From NCBI GenBank assembly GCA_964504365.1, contig CAZDDW010000001.1:132293-196292 (forward strand): a stretch of 64,000 nt of DNA. The letters run 5' to 3'. The notes under the pieces were generated by a model. The model was not told where the DNA came from. It searched no databases and worked only from the letters and a program-made list of their open reading frames with translations. Source of the DNA: an uncultured Gammaproteobacteria bacterium. Its GTDB lineage: Bacteria > Patescibacteriota > Patescibacteriia > UBA9934 > CAZDDW01. This document shows positions 1-10,774 of this stretch, piece after piece; position 1 is the first letter of the stretch, and every line of letters begins with the position of its first letter. The translations under genes and the position numbers were made by a program.

Positions 1-886
1 TTATATTGATAAGTTGATTCGCCTGGCTGATTTGCCTTCGTTGAAAGGTTTAAAGATAGTGTTAGATACAGGTAATGGAATGAGCGGACTGGTTTTGCCA
101 AAACTTTTTAAACGACTTGATTGCGAGATCGTGCCAATGTATTTCGAGCTGGATGGAAATTTTCCAAATCACGAGTCCAATCCCACCAAAGAAGAAACTT
201 TAACCGATTTAAAGAACAGGATTATTGAGGTGGGAGCTAATTTCGGGGCTGGGTTTGATGGTGATGGTGACCGTGTTTGTTTTGTTGATGAAAAAGGACA
301 GTATATTCGCAGTGACCTTGCGTTGGCTGCATTGGCTGAAGAGTATTTGAAAAAACGGCCTGGTGGTAAGATTGTAATAAGTCCAAGCATGAGTTGGGTT
401 ACCAAAGAAGCAATTGAATCTGCTGGTGGTGAGGCGGTTCTAGAAAAAGTTGGTTATACTTATATAATAAAAAAATTGCGTGAAATTAAAGGTGTGATGA
501 GCGGGGAGGTTGCTGGTCATTTTTATTTCGACGACTTTGATGATTTGGATTCAAGTGAATTTGCCCTACTCTTGTTGATCAAGAAGCTGGTCCAGGAGGC
601 AAGGCCGTTATCAGAAATAATGGCTCCATACCATAAGTATCACAATCTAAAGGAAACGAATTTTGAAGTAGCTGATCAGCAGGCGGTGATAAAAAAAATA
701 GAAGAAGAATATCGACCAAAAGCAAAAGAGTTTAGTGATTATGATGGTATTCGGGCGGACTTTGATGATTGGTGGTTCAATATTCGTTTGTCCAATACAG
801 AGCCAGTGGTTCGATTAAATATGGAAGCAAAAACTCCAGAACTACTTGAAGAAAAGAAACAGGAAATAATAAGCATGATTAAATAA
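1..886 (+). CDS. Phosphomannomutase/phosphoglucomutase (5' end outside window)
   Basis: DTGNG, FPNHESNP, metal loop FDGDGDR, GEVAGH and C-terminal RLSNTEP motifs. Confidence 0.9.
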   Translation, partial: YIDKLIRLADLPSLKGLKIVLDTGNGMSGLVLPKLFKRLDCEIVPMYFELDGNFPNHESNPTKEETLTDLKNRIIEVGANFGAGFDGDGDRVCFVDEKGQYIRSDLALAALAEEYLKKRPGGKIVISPSMSWVTKEAIESAGGEAVLEKVGYTYIIKKLREIKGVMSGEVAGHFYFDDFDDLDSSEFALLLLIKKLVQEARPLSEIMAPYHKYHNLKETNFEVADQQAVIKKIEEEYRPKAKEFSDYDGIRADFDDWWFNIRLSNTEPVVRLNMEAKTPELLEEKKQEIISMIK

Positions 887-887
887 T

Positions 888-2015
888 ATGTTTGGATTTT
901 GGACATTAATAATTTTTCTAGCCGTTTTATCAATCTTGGTCTTGGTGCATGAGATTGGGCACTTTGTTGCTGCGCGACGTCTGGGCTGTAAGGTTGAGGA
1001 ATTTGGACTTGGTTTCCCGCCGCGTTTGTTTGCTTGGAAACGTAAGAAAGACGGGATTGAATATTCATTGAACTGGATTCCGCTTGGTGGTTTTGTTCGT
1101 ATCAAAGGAGAGTCAGGGCAGCACAAGGGTGATAACGACAGTTTTGCTTCAAAATCAGCTTGGAAACGATTTATTATTTTAGTTGCTGGTGTGGCCATGA
1201 ACTTTGTCTTGGCTGCGGTTCTGTTGTCGTTCGGATTCATGACAGGATTGCCAACTGCTGTTGATGAAGGATTGCCAGACGGGGCACGAGTATCTGATGC
1301 AGCTATTCGTGTCACAGCCGTGCTAGAAGATACACCAGCGGAAGCTGTTGGGTTTGAGTTGGGCGACGAGATCTTGTCGATCAATGGTCAGGCATTTGCT
1401 GAAGCAGAAGAGGCCCGAGCATTTATTCGCGATAATGCTGATCAGGAATTATCATTCTTGGTCGGTCGAGCTGATTCTGAGTTCGCGGTTCAGGTCACTC
1501 CGGAATATATCGAAGAGCTGGAAAAAGTAGGTATTGGTACTGGATTGATCACCACTGGCTTTGTTTCGTTCCCAATTCATTTAGCTGTTTGGTACGGGAT
1601 CACGACCACATATAAGTATACGATTTTGATCGTGGTCGCTTTGTACACGATTTTGAAGAGTCTGATAATGGGCCAAGGTGTTGGTTTGGACCTTTCTGGA
1701 CCAGTTGGTATTGCTGTTATGACCGGTCAAGCCGCTCGTTTAGGTCTGGCTTACCTGATCCAGTTTACAGCTATCCTATCCATAAATTTGGCTGTAATTA
1801 ACGTTTTACCCTTGCCAGCATTGGACGGAGGACGTATCCTATTCTTATTGATAGAAAAAATTCGCCGTCAACCGATTAATGAGAGAATTGAGGCGGTTGT
1901 GCACAATACTGGCTTTTTGATCTTAATTGGTTTAATTATATTGATTACATATCGTGATCTATTGCGCTACAGTGAACAGATTTTAGGCGGGATTAAAGGA
2001 TTAATTGGAATGTAA
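888..2015 (+). CDS. rseP: RIP metalloprotease RseP (M50 family, PDZ domain)
   Basis: HEIGH zinc motif, NVLPLPALDGG motif, central PDZ-like segment. Confidence 0.93.
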   Translation: MFGFWTLIIFLAVLSILVLVHEIGHFVAARRLGCKVEEFGLGFPPRLFAWKRKKDGIEYSLNWIPLGGFVRIKGESGQHKGDNDSFASKSAWKRFIILVAGVAMNFVLAAVLLSFGFMTGLPTAVDEGLPDGARVSDAAIRVTAVLEDTPAEAVGFELGDEILSINGQAFAEAEEARAFIRDNADQELSFLVGRADSEFAVQVTPEYIEELEKVGIGTGLITTGFVSFPIHLAVWYGITTTYKYTILIVVALYTILKSLIMGQGVGLDLSGPVGIAVMTGQAARLGLAYLIQFTAILSINLAVINVLPLPALDGGRILFLLIEKIRRQPINERIEAVVHNTGFLILIGLIILITYRDLLRYSEQILGGIKGLIGM

Positions 2016-2016
2016 T

Positions 2017-2556
2017 ATGGATGGAGAAAGTGCAGCAGAAGCACAGGCTCGACGCGAAGCTTATCGTCAGAGCAAGTTAGAAACGTTGTCTGAGGATACG
2101 CTTAGGGTCTTTGAAGTTTTTCCTGATCTTAAGGCACACTATTTAGGTTTACAGGTTAGTGTTATGGGTTCAGGTAGTGGTGATAATTATATTTCCTTGT
2201 TTAAGAAATTGTTTGCTGAATTACCAGATGATTTTGGTACCTCTGAGCAAGCCGTGGCCATATTGAACGATATGGTTCGTCGTTTGGAAGAGTTGTCTGA
2301 TGAACAGTGGGAAGATGAAGATATTGCTGGAGAAAAGGAGACCCGGATTTCGAAAATGAGTCCAGGGGCACAAAAGGCCGTTAAAGAAAATCCGTTGTTG
2401 ATGCGAGAAATATTTACTGATCCGGATATGAGTAGCTTGCGTGAAGAGGCTGAGTGGCTGGCAGCACAAGGAGGATTCGTTGAGAAATATGGTGGATCTG
2501 ATAAATGGAAAAAGATAATTAGCGAGATTGAAAAAAACGTAGGAGAGCTTGAATAA
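2017..2556 (+). CDS. Hypothetical protein
   Basis: ORF fills the gap between rseP and pheS; ATG 2017 directly follows the rseP stop. Confidence 0.65.
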   Translation: MDGESAAEAQARREAYRQSKLETLSEDTLRVFEVFPDLKAHYLGLQVSVMGSGSGDNYISLFKKLFAELPDDFGTSEQAVAILNDMVRRLEELSDEQWEDEDIAGEKETRISKMSPGAQKAVKENPLLMREIFTDPDMSSLREEAEWLAAQGGFVEKYGGSDKWKKIISEIEKNVGELE

Positions 2557-2562
2557 AAATAT

Positions 2563-3606
2563 ATGAAAGATGATTTAAACAAAATAAAACAAGAATTCTC
2601 TGACGCTATTGCTAGGGTTAAGGACTCGGACGGTTTGGAAGCCGTGCGGGTTGAGTTTTTAGGGCGCAAGGGAAAGCTGGGTGAATTGCTTAAAGGTCTT
2701 AAGGATATGAGTGATGCTGATCGTAAAAAGTTTGGTCAGTTGTCTAATCAGGTTAAGGGCGAGATCGAAAGTGCGTTCGCAGCCAAAGAATCTGAAATTG
2801 CCGCAGCGCGTGCTGGTGAGGTTGAGAAAGAAGAGTGGATCGATATTACGGTTCCTGGTTTGCAATGTCGCGAGGGCCATCTGCATCCAACAACTCAAGC
2901 GATCGAAGAGATTGAAGACATCTTTTCACACATTGGTTTCACCCGTTTCTCAGTACCAGACATTGATTGGGACTACTATTCGTTTGAATCATTAAACATG
3001 CCCAAAGGTCATCCTGCACGAGACGATTGGGAGACATTTTTTATCGACGCACCAGAAGGCAAGAAGGGAAAGATGGTGGCTACACCACACATTTCCAATG
3101 CACAGGTGCGCATCATGGAAAAGATAAAGCCGCCATTTAGAAAATTATATATAGGAAAGGCTTATCGTCGACAAAGTGATACTTCTCATTTACCGATTCA
3201 CAACCAGTTTGAGATTTTGATGGTTGATAAAGGTTTGTCTGTAGTTAATCTGAAGGGTGTGATTGAACATTTCGTCCACTCTTATTTTGGGCCAGACGTG
3301 AAAGTTCGTTTGCGTCCGCATCACTTTAGATTCACGGAGCCAAGCTTCGAAGTTGATATTAGCTGTGATCTTTGTAAGGGCGAAGGCGGTGCCTGTCGAA
3401 TGTGTAAAGGCGGCTGGCTCGAACTGGCTGGTGCTGGCATGACTCATCCGAATGTTTTGAAGGCGGGTGGTGTTGATCCAAAAGAATACTCAGCCATTGC
3501 TTTTGCCTTCGGAATTGAGCGCACCTTGATGATGCGTGCTGGTATTTCTATCCCTGACATCCGTTTGATGTACAAAAATGATTTAAGATTTGTGAACCAA
3601 TTTTAA
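2563..3606 (+). CDS. pheS: Phenylalanine--tRNA ligase alpha subunit
   Basis: GHLHP, HPARD, FTEPSFE, AFAFGIER motifs. Confidence 0.96.
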   Translation: MKDDLNKIKQEFSDAIARVKDSDGLEAVRVEFLGRKGKLGELLKGLKDMSDADRKKFGQLSNQVKGEIESAFAAKESEIAAARAGEVEKEEWIDITVPGLQCREGHLHPTTQAIEEIEDIFSHIGFTRFSVPDIDWDYYSFESLNMPKGHPARDDWETFFIDAPEGKKGKMVATPHISNAQVRIMEKIKPPFRKLYIGKAYRRQSDTSHLPIHNQFEILMVDKGLSVVNLKGVIEHFVHSYFGPDVKVRLRPHHFRFTEPSFEVDISCDLCKGEGGACRMCKGGWLELAGAGMTHPNVLKAGGVDPKEYSAIAFAFGIERTLMMRAGISIPDIRLMYKNDLRFVNQF

Positions 3607-3607
3607 T

Positions 3608-6022
3608 ATGAATATTTTAGCTTCTTACAATTGGGTCAAAGATTATCTTAATACAAAGGATACGATTGCTCAGTTTGATAAAAAAATGAGTTTAACTGGT
3701 TCTAGTGTTGAATATATTCATCGCGGGAAAGATCAGTTTGAAAAAATGGTTGTTGGACTGGTTAAAGAACTTAAGGACCACCCAGATGCCAATGCTCTTA
3801 AGGTTTGTGTGACTGATATCGGAAAAGAAGAGGTTGAGATTGTTTGTGGTGGTACGAATTTACGCGAAGGCATGAAAGTGTTTGTGGCTTTGCCAGGGTC
3901 TAAGGTCCGTTGGCACGGTGAAGGTGATTTAGTTGAGCTTGGAAAAACTAAGGTTCGCGGCGTGGAAAGTCATGGAATGATATGTGCGCCAAGTGAAGTT
4001 GGTTTTATTAAATTACAACAAGGTGAGAAAGATATTTGGGATTTGAGCGAACTGACTAAAGCCAAGTCAGGCACGTCTGTGGTCACTGCTTTGGATCTGA
4101 ACGATACAATTTTTGATATCGAGGCAACAACCAATCGTCCTGATCAGATGAGTATTATTGGTCTGGCTCGTGAAGGTGGTGCTGTTGGTTTGGGTGAATT
4201 TAAGTGGAATCGTGGTGCGGCTAAGAAACGAGTTGGTAGTAAGCTCGAGGTTGCTGGCGAAGAGTTGCCACTTAAGGTTTCAGTCAAGGACAAAGATTTG
4301 TGTCGACGATATCAAGCGATTGTTATCGATGGTGTTAAGGTTGGTCCATCACCTTGGTGGTTGCAGAAACGATTGCTTCAGGCCGGACATCGTCCGTACA
4401 ATAATATTGTTGACATTACTAACTACGTGTTACATGAGCATGGTCAACCAATGCATACTTTTGATTATGAGAAACTTGAAGGTGGTGAGATTGTTGTACG
4501 CAAAGCCAAGAAGGGCGAGAAGTTTTTAGCACTTGATGAGAGCGAGCATAAGTTGAGCGATAAGCATTTGGTTATTGCTGATAGTTCTCGACCAGTGGCT
4601 GTGGCCGGTGTCATGGGTGGAATGGAAACAGGGACAACTGATAAGACAACAACGATCGTATTTGAGTGCGCTAGTTTTGAGCCAGTTAATGTTCGTCGTA
4701 CTGCCCGTGATTTAAATCTGTATTCCGACTCGCAGCTTTTATTTGAAAAAGGATTGTCAACCGAAGCAACTGAGCCAGCATTAATGCGAGCGATTGAATT
4801 GACTTTGGAGATTGCGGGCGGTCGAGTTGCTTCTCAAGTGTTTGACGAGCGTTCGTCTGAGTACAAGCCATTGCAATTTCCATTTGATCCAAAGAAGGCT
4901 TCGGAGTTAATCGGAGTTGGTATCCCAGAAGTCCAGCAAATGTCAATTTTGGGGAACCTTGGTTTTACTGCCAAGAAAACCGGTGATCATTATATGGTTA
5001 CTGTGCCTTATTGGCGTGATCATGATGTTGAAGCTTCGGTTGATTTTACTGAGGAGATAGCTCGTGTGTACGGATATCACAATATGCCTTCGAAGCTGCC
5101 AAGCGGAGAACTGCCAACCGAAGCTTGGTTGCCAGAATTTGTTTGGGATCGTCGAGTGAAACAGGTTTTGGCCGGCGCTGGTGCAACAGAGACTTTTAGT
5201 GAGACCTTTGTTTCTGAGGATGATCTTGCACGCTATGGTCTGTCAGCAAGCAATGCTTTGCATCTGAAGAATCCACTCTCTAGTGATCTGGAATATTTGC
5301 GACCAAACTTGATTATTTCCATGCTGCGTTCAATCGAAGCTAACCAGCGTGAATTTTCTGAAGCGACTCTATTCGAGTTGGCTCGAACCTTTGTTCCAAA
5401 GAAAGGGAAGTTACCAGACGAAGCGCCGCGATTGTTGCTTGCGGCTTACGGACCTGACGGTGAGCAATCTTTCTTGCGAGTCAAGGGTCTGGTAGAGCGC
5501 TTGTTCCGCGAGGCTGGAGTTCATGGTCAATCTTTAGATAGGGGAACAGAAGATTCGCGTTGGCACACAACTCGCTCAGCCACGATTTCGATTAATGAAA
5601 AACCGATCGGTGTGATCGGGGAGATTTCTCGTGCCACAGCTGAGGTATTTGGTCTTGAAGCAAAGGTTGCTTTGGTTGATTTGGATTTTGCAGCTCTGTT
5701 GCCACATCTGTCGATCAATAAGCAGTACACCGCAACTCCAGATTTTCCAGCAGTCAAACGTGACCTGGCTTTTGTTCTCGATAATTCAGTTGAATATTAT
5801 CAGGTCGAGTCAGTAATTCACGAGATCGATCCTATGATTCGTCGAGTTGAGTTGTTTGATGTTTACTCAGGTAAAGGAGTTGAAGAAGGGAAAAAGAGCT
5901 TGGCTGTGCACTTAGAATTCCGAGCAGATGATCGGACCTTGAAGTCAGAGGAGGTTGATAAAGCAGTGGATGAGATTATCCAGATGCTAAAGAAGCAATT
6001 TTCTGCTACAATAAGAGGGTAA
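3608..6022 (+). CDS. pheT: Phenylalanine--tRNA ligase beta subunit
   Basis: HPDA, RGVESHGMIC, TNRPD, EEIARVYGY, FDX-ACB C-terminus; follows pheS. Confidence 0.96.
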   Translation: MNILASYNWVKDYLNTKDTIAQFDKKMSLTGSSVEYIHRGKDQFEKMVVGLVKELKDHPDANALKVCVTDIGKEEVEIVCGGTNLREGMKVFVALPGSKVRWHGEGDLVELGKTKVRGVESHGMICAPSEVGFIKLQQGEKDIWDLSELTKAKSGTSVVTALDLNDTIFDIEATTNRPDQMSIIGLAREGGAVGLGEFKWNRGAAKKRVGSKLEVAGEELPLKVSVKDKDLCRRYQAIVIDGVKVGPSPWWLQKRLLQAGHRPYNNIVDITNYVLHEHGQPMHTFDYEKLEGGEIVVRKAKKGEKFLALDESEHKLSDKHLVIADSSRPVAVAGVMGGMETGTTDKTTTIVFECASFEPVNVRRTARDLNLYSDSQLLFEKGLSTEATEPALMRAIELTLEIAGGRVASQVFDERSSEYKPLQFPFDPKKASELIGVGIPEVQQMSILGNLGFTAKKTGDHYMVTVPYWRDHDVEASVDFTEEIARVYGYHNMPSKLPSGELPTEAWLPEFVWDRRVKQVLAGAGATETFSETFVSEDDLARYGLSASNALHLKNPLSSDLEYLRPNLIISMLRSIEANQREFSEATLFELARTFVPKKGKLPDEAPRLLLAAYGPDGEQSFLRVKGLVERLFREAGVHGQSLDRGTEDSRWHTTRSATISINEKPIGVIGEISRATAEVFGLEAKVALVDLDFAALLPHLSINKQYTATPDFPAVKRDLAFVLDNSVEYYQVESVIHEIDPMIRRVELFDVYSGKGVEEGKKSLAVHLEFRADDRTLKSEEVDKAVDEIIQMLKKQFSATIRG

Positions 6023-6025
6023 GAA

Positions 6026-6100
6026 GTTGTCTAGTATACTGGTTATTTAGTTATCTAGTTTTCGCAACCAGACAACCAGACAACTAGTTAACTAGAAAAC
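6026..6100. repeat. Palindromic element built from degenerate 8-bp units (ACCAGACA type)
   Basis: GTTGTCTAG...CTGGTTATTTAGTTATCTAGTT followed by AACCAGACAACCAGACAACTAG; related copies at 17311 and 50637. Confidence 0.7.
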
Positions 6101-6103
6101 AAT

Positions 6104-6397
6104 ATGATCGACGCAATAGATATTTTATACATAGTCCTTGCTTTCTCAGTTCTCTGGTTCACAGCTTTCGTTTGTTGGCTCATTTGGCAAGTTGCCATGA
6201 TTCTCAAGAATGTGAATGACACTATGACTGAGGCGCGGGAAAAGATCGCCAAGATCGAACTGGCTTTGACAGCCATGAAAGATCGTTTTGAACATGCGAC
6301 AACCAGTCTTGGTCTGCTGGTTGACGGCGGTAAACGTGTGATTGACTACGTCATTGATAAGAAGACCAAGAAAAAGAAAGAAAAAGATGAGGAATAG
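6104..6397 (+). CDS. Small membrane-anchored coiled-coil protein (DUF948-like)
   Basis: N-terminal TM helix, coiled coil, basic tail; hairpin GACCGTCC-GCAA-GGGCGGTT downstream. Confidence 0.7.
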   Translation: MIDAIDILYIVLAFSVLWFTAFVCWLIWQVAMILKNVNDTMTEAREKIAKIELALTAMKDRFEHATTSLGLLVDGGKRVIDYVIDKKTKKKKEKDEE

Positions 6398-6460
6398 AAT
6401 AAAGACCGTCCGCAAGGGCGGTTTTAAAATTTATTTGGATTGTGGTAAAGTGAGGCCGAT

Positions 6461-9400
6461 ATGAGCTCAGAATTTGTCCATCTACATAATCACAGTCACT
6501 ACTCATTGCTTGGTGCGCTCCCGAAAATCGGGCAGATTTTAGATCAGGTCAAAGAACAGGGTGGTGATGCTGTGGCTTTGACAGACAACGGGGCCATGTA
6601 CGGAATTATTGAATTTTACAAAAAAGCCAAGAAAATGGATATCAAGCCGATTGTTGGTATGGATGCCTACATCGCTCCACATGGTCGGCTTCAGAAACGG
6701 GCCAAGGTGGATGCCAAACCATATCGATTGGTTTTGCTTGCTGAGAATAATATTGGATACAAAAATTTGTTAAAGCTCTCAAGTATTGGATTTCTTGAGG
6801 GTTTTTATTATAGACCACGAATTGATAAGGAGATTTTGAAAGAACACTCGGAAGGGCTAATTGCTTTGTCTGCCGGAGCTTTTGGCGAGATTCCTTCATT
6901 GGTTCGTGATTATGGTAAGGATAAGGCACGTGAAGCATTGGACGAGTATCTAGAGATTTTTGATCGTGATCATTTTTATATTGAACTGGTTGATCGTCCT
7001 GAGATTCCAGAACAAGAATCAACCAATGCTATTTTGATCGAACTAGCTAAAGAAACCAACACACAACTTGTTGCTTGTAAGGATTCGTTTTATTTGCACC
7101 CTGAAGATTCTCAGGCTTGGAAGATTTTACAGTGTGTGCGTGGCGGCAAGACATTAGAAGACCATGAGCGCATGAATCAGTTTGATTACGATGCATCACT
7201 GGTTGCTCCAGAAACCATGATCGAGCGTTTCAAGGATGTGCCCGAGGCGATTGCTAACACTCGCAAGATTGCTGATCGCTGCAACGTTGAGATCGAGCTT
7301 GGGGTCTGGCACTTTCCGCCAGTTGATATTCCTGAAGGCGAAACCGCAGACTCGTTGTTGCGTAAGCAGACTTATGAGTTGGCTGGTGAGAAATATGATG
7401 AACCCTTGTCGGATGTGGTTAAAGAACGCATCGATTATGAGTTGGATATTATTAAGTTGAAAGAATACTCGGGTTATTTTATTTCTGTTGCTGATTACAC
7501 AAAGTGGGCGCGTGATAATGCGGTTGTTACCACGACCCGAGGTTCAGCTGCTGGTTCGATCGTTTCATATATTATTGGTATTTCTTCGATCGACCCATTG
7601 GAATATCAGCTACCGTTTGAGCGTTTCTTAAACCCGGAACGTCCTTCAGCGCCTGATGTTGATGCTGACTTTGCTGATAACCAACGCGACCGAGTTTTGA
7701 AATATGTGTCTGAGAAGTACGGTCAGGATCGAGTGGCTCAGATCTGCACCTTTGGAACCATGCTTGCCAGAGGTTCGGTTCGTGATGTTGGTAGAGCATT
7801 GGGTTTTGAATACAGTTTTATTGACCAGATCGCCAAAGAGATTCCAATGGGAGCTCAAGGTATGCCAATGACTTTGAAGCGAGCTTTGGATGAAAATCCG
7901 GATTTGAAAAAAATGTATGACGGTGATGGTCGTGTGCGTCAAGTGATTGATACAGCTATGCAGATCGAAGGTTGTGCTCGCCACGTTTCGGTTCATGCTG
8001 CTGGGGTGGTTATTTCTCCAGGGCCTTTAACAGACTACACTCCGCTTCAGATTGATACCCGCGAGGGTAAGGTGATTACTCAATATGAGATGCACGCAGT
8101 AGAAGATGCTGGGTTAGTTAAGATGGACTTTTTAGGAATTCGTAATTTGTCGATTCTTGGAGATGCAATCAAGATCGTTAGTAAAACAAAAGGTGTAGAT
8201 GTGGATATAGAAAATATTCCAGTTGATGATAAAACAACCTTTGATCTTTTAGCCAAGGGGCACACCATGGGCGTGTTCCAACTCTCTGGTGATGGTATGA
8301 CCAAGTATCTAGTCGAGCTCAAGCCAACTCGAGTAGAGGACATTATGGCTATGGTGGCTTTGTATCGCCCAGGTCCTATCGAGTTCATTCCTGAATATAT
8401 CAAGCGCAAACATAATCCAGAACTAATCGATTATCCGCACGAGCTGCTTGAAGATATTTTGAAAAAATCACTTGGTCTTTTGATCTATCAAGATGACGTC
8501 ATGCTTACTGCGATCAAACTAGCTGGATATTCTTGGCTTGAAGCGGATTTATTTAGAAAGGCCATGGGAAAGAAAATTCCGGAGTTGATGCTTGAACAAG
8601 AAAAGAAGTTCAAGGATGGTTGTGTTGCAAAAAATATTCCCAAGGCCTTGGCTAATGATCTTTGGGAGCGGATTAAACCGTTTGCTATGTATGCCTTCAA
8701 CAAGTCGCACGCTTCTTCGTACGGAATGGTTGCTTACCAGACTGCGTATATGAAGGCCAATTATCCGGCCGAATACATGGCTTCGTTGATGACAGCCGAG
8801 TCTGCGGATCTGGAAAAGGTGGCTGCAGCTGTGCACGAGTGTGGGCGCATGGGGATCAAGGTCTTGCCGCCGGACATTAATGAGTCATTGAAGACCTTTA
8901 CTTATATTGATGATCAGACAATTCGCTTTGGATTATTAGTGATTAAGAATTTGGGTTCTGAAGTGATTGAATCAATGATCGAGGAACGTAAGGTTAATGG
9001 ACCTTTTGTTGATCTGGCTGACTTTGCTGGACGTATTTCACACAGAGCGTTTAACAAGAAGTCTTTAGAAGCAATGATCAAGGCAGGGGCTTTGGATCGT
9101 TTTGGAAACCGGAACATGTTGCTTCAGAACGCTGATCAGATTTTAAATTATAATCGTGAAACGATTCGTGAAAAAGAACAGAACCAGACTTCATTGTTTG
9201 ATTTGGCTCCTGACTTAGAGCAGAGCAAGCTGCGTTTGAAAGAATATCCGCGCGCACCAAAGCAGGAGTATCTTGGTTGGGAAAAAGAGTTTCTTGGATT
9301 GTATATTACGAATCACCCATATGCAGATCAGGCCAAGGTTCTTGAGGGGCATGTGATAACTTGCGATCAGGTCGAGGATCAGAAAGTGAACAAATTTGTC

Positions 9401-9997
9401 CGCGTTGCCGGGATGATTGCCACGGCCAAGAAGATTGTTACTAAGAAGGGTGATGACATGGCCTTTGTTACATTGCAGGACATGGTTGAGTCAACTGAAC
9501 TAATAATCTTCCCACGGACTTTTAAAGAGTTCGAGCACTTGCTTGAAGATGGGAATACGATATTGGTATCAGCAAAAGTAAATGAGCGTGAAGGTGAAAA
9601 GAGCTTGATTGCTAATAGTGTTATTCAGTTGACTGATGAGGGGATAGAGGATGTGGCCGAGATGCTCAAGAGCGGTCTTTGGATAACTGATGATAAGCCA
9701 GCGGGATCACCCCCTTCATCCTCGTCACCTCCGACACCTTCGCAACCATCGCCACCCCCTGAACCAACTACAACCGGCGGCATTTCAGTAAGACTTCGCG
9801 GAAAGCCCTCGCAAGAGATGGTCGCTGAGCTGCGTGATATATTTCAGTCCTGTCCAGGCAGAGAGCGAGTTTACTTCCTGATTGAATCTGGTGGCAACTT
9901 TCGTAAAATAGAAACTGACTATATGGTCGACAAGACCCCGAATTTGATAGGGGCCTTACGCAACATCGTCGGCCGCGAGAATGTGGAGGTTAATTAG
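6461..9997 (+). CDS. dnaE: DNA polymerase III subunit alpha
   Basis: PHP domain HLHNHSHYSLL, RGSAAGS, FERFLNPER, PDVDAD, KMDFLG, YAFNKSH, OB fold. Confidence 0.97.
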   Translation: MSSEFVHLHNHSHYSLLGALPKIGQILDQVKEQGGDAVALTDNGAMYGIIEFYKKAKKMDIKPIVGMDAYIAPHGRLQKRAKVDAKPYRLVLLAENNIGYKNLLKLSSIGFLEGFYYRPRIDKEILKEHSEGLIALSAGAFGEIPSLVRDYGKDKAREALDEYLEIFDRDHFYIELVDRPEIPEQESTNAILIELAKETNTQLVACKDSFYLHPEDSQAWKILQCVRGGKTLEDHERMNQFDYDASLVAPETMIERFKDVPEAIANTRKIADRCNVEIELGVWHFPPVDIPEGETADSLLRKQTYELAGEKYDEPLSDVVKERIDYELDIIKLKEYSGYFISVADYTKWARDNAVVTTTRGSAAGSIVSYIIGISSIDPLEYQLPFERFLNPERPSAPDVDADFADNQRDRVLKYVSEKYGQDRVAQICTFGTMLARGSVRDVGRALGFEYSFIDQIAKEIPMGAQGMPMTLKRALDENPDLKKMYDGDGRVRQVIDTAMQIEGCARHVSVHAAGVVISPGPLTDYTPLQIDTREGKVITQYEMHAVEDAGLVKMDFLGIRNLSILGDAIKIVSKTKGVDVDIENIPVDDKTTFDLLAKGHTMGVFQLSGDGMTKYLVELKPTRVEDIMAMVALYRPGPIEFIPEYIKRKHNPELIDYPHELLEDILKKSLGLLIYQDDVMLTAIKLAGYSWLEADLFRKAMGKKIPELMLEQEKKFKDGCVAKNIPKALANDLWERIKPFAMYAFNKSHASSYGMVAYQTAYMKANYPAEYMASLMTAESADLEKVAAAVHECGRMGIKVLPPDINESLKTFTYIDDQTIRFGLLVIKNLGSEVIESMIEERKVNGPFVDLADFAGRISHRAFNKKSLEAMIKAGALDRFGNRNMLLQNADQILNYNRETIREKEQNQTSLFDLAPDLEQSKLRLKEYPRAPKQEYLGWEKEFLGLYITNHPYADQAKVLEGHVITCDQVEDQKVNKFVRVAGMIATAKKIVTKKGDDMAFVTLQDMVESTELIIFPRTFKEFEHLLEDGNTILVSAKVNEREGEKSLIANSVIQLTDEGIEDVAEMLKSGLWITDDKPAGSPPSSSSPPTPSQPSPPPEPTTTGGISVRLRGKPSQEMVAELRDIFQSCPGRERVYFLIESGGNFRKIETDYMVDKTPNLIGALRNIVGRENVEVN

Positions 9998-10108
9998 ACT
10001 CCCCCTCCTTTCAAAGGAGGGGTTAGGGGTGGTTCTGATTACAAAGTAGTTTCGATACAATTATACCCAGAACCCCCCTTAAGTCCCCCCTTGGAGAAGG
10101 GGGGAGAG
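9998..10108. repeat. REP-like GC-rich palindromic repeat pair
   Basis: CCCCTCCTTTCAAAGGAGGGG-TTAGGGGTGGTTCTG and inverted AGAACCCCCCTTAAGTCCCCCCTTGGAGAAGGGGGGAGAG; related copy at 31716-31755. Confidence 0.7.
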
Positions 10109-10199
10109 CAAAATTAACCCGTTTAAATAAGCTTATCGTCTCTTGACAGATAAGCTTATTTGTGTTAATCTGCCAAGTCTTATTCAAGGAGGAGAGACG

Positions 10200-10649
10200 A
10201 TGTCCGAAAGCATTCCCAGTCCGGATTCGGGAAAGTCGAAAAAGGGCATGTCCCCGCTTTGGCACCTGGTATACATTCTGTTGTTGATCGTCGGCTTTGT
10301 GGTTCTGATGAAAACCAGCTTTCAGTCAAGGGCCCGAGTCGTGGATCTACAGCAGCAGGTCGATGCCTACAAGGCGATGGTCAATACGACTACCGCCCGT
10401 GCCATGATTCTCGGATGCGATCCGTATCAGGCTCAGAACAAGGACCAGAACTGGTGCGGCGCCAAGCTGGCCAACGGTCGTGACAACAAGACCTTTCACA
10501 TCTACGATGAAGACGGGGTGACCCACTTCTTCCGGCTCTACCTGGTCGATCAGCCGATCACTGGTCAGCTGGAAGGAACGGAGGGTACCAAGATCATGCT
10601 CGGTCATGTCGAGATCCGGTACATCCAGTCTGACTACCCCGATTCCTAG
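10200..10649 (+). CDS. Orphan membrane-anchored protein, GCD-x9-NWCG family copy 1
   Basis: TTGACA at 10143, SD AGGAGGAG, TM plus coiled coil, terminator 10673-10700. Confidence 0.75.
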   Translation: MSESIPSPDSGKSKKGMSPLWHLVYILLLIVGFVVLMKTSFQSRARVVDLQQQVDAYKAMVNTTTARAMILGCDPYQAQNKDQNWCGAKLANGRDNKTFHIYDEDGVTHFFRLYLVDQPITGQLEGTEGTKIMLGHVEIRYIQSDYPDS

Positions 10650-10774
10650 CCGGAACGCTCGGCTGGTCGTTGCTCTGGAACACGTGTTCCAGAGTTTTTT
10701 CTTTTGGCTTGACGAAATGGTATCAGTGTCGTAAGTTGTCGTTAGTTGATACATGTCAACAGACTGGAGCAAAG

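Noticed and set aside
9695-9785. Intein or mobile insert in dnaE
   Set aside because: It is only a short Pro/Ser-rich linker before the C-terminal domain; no intein splice motifs.
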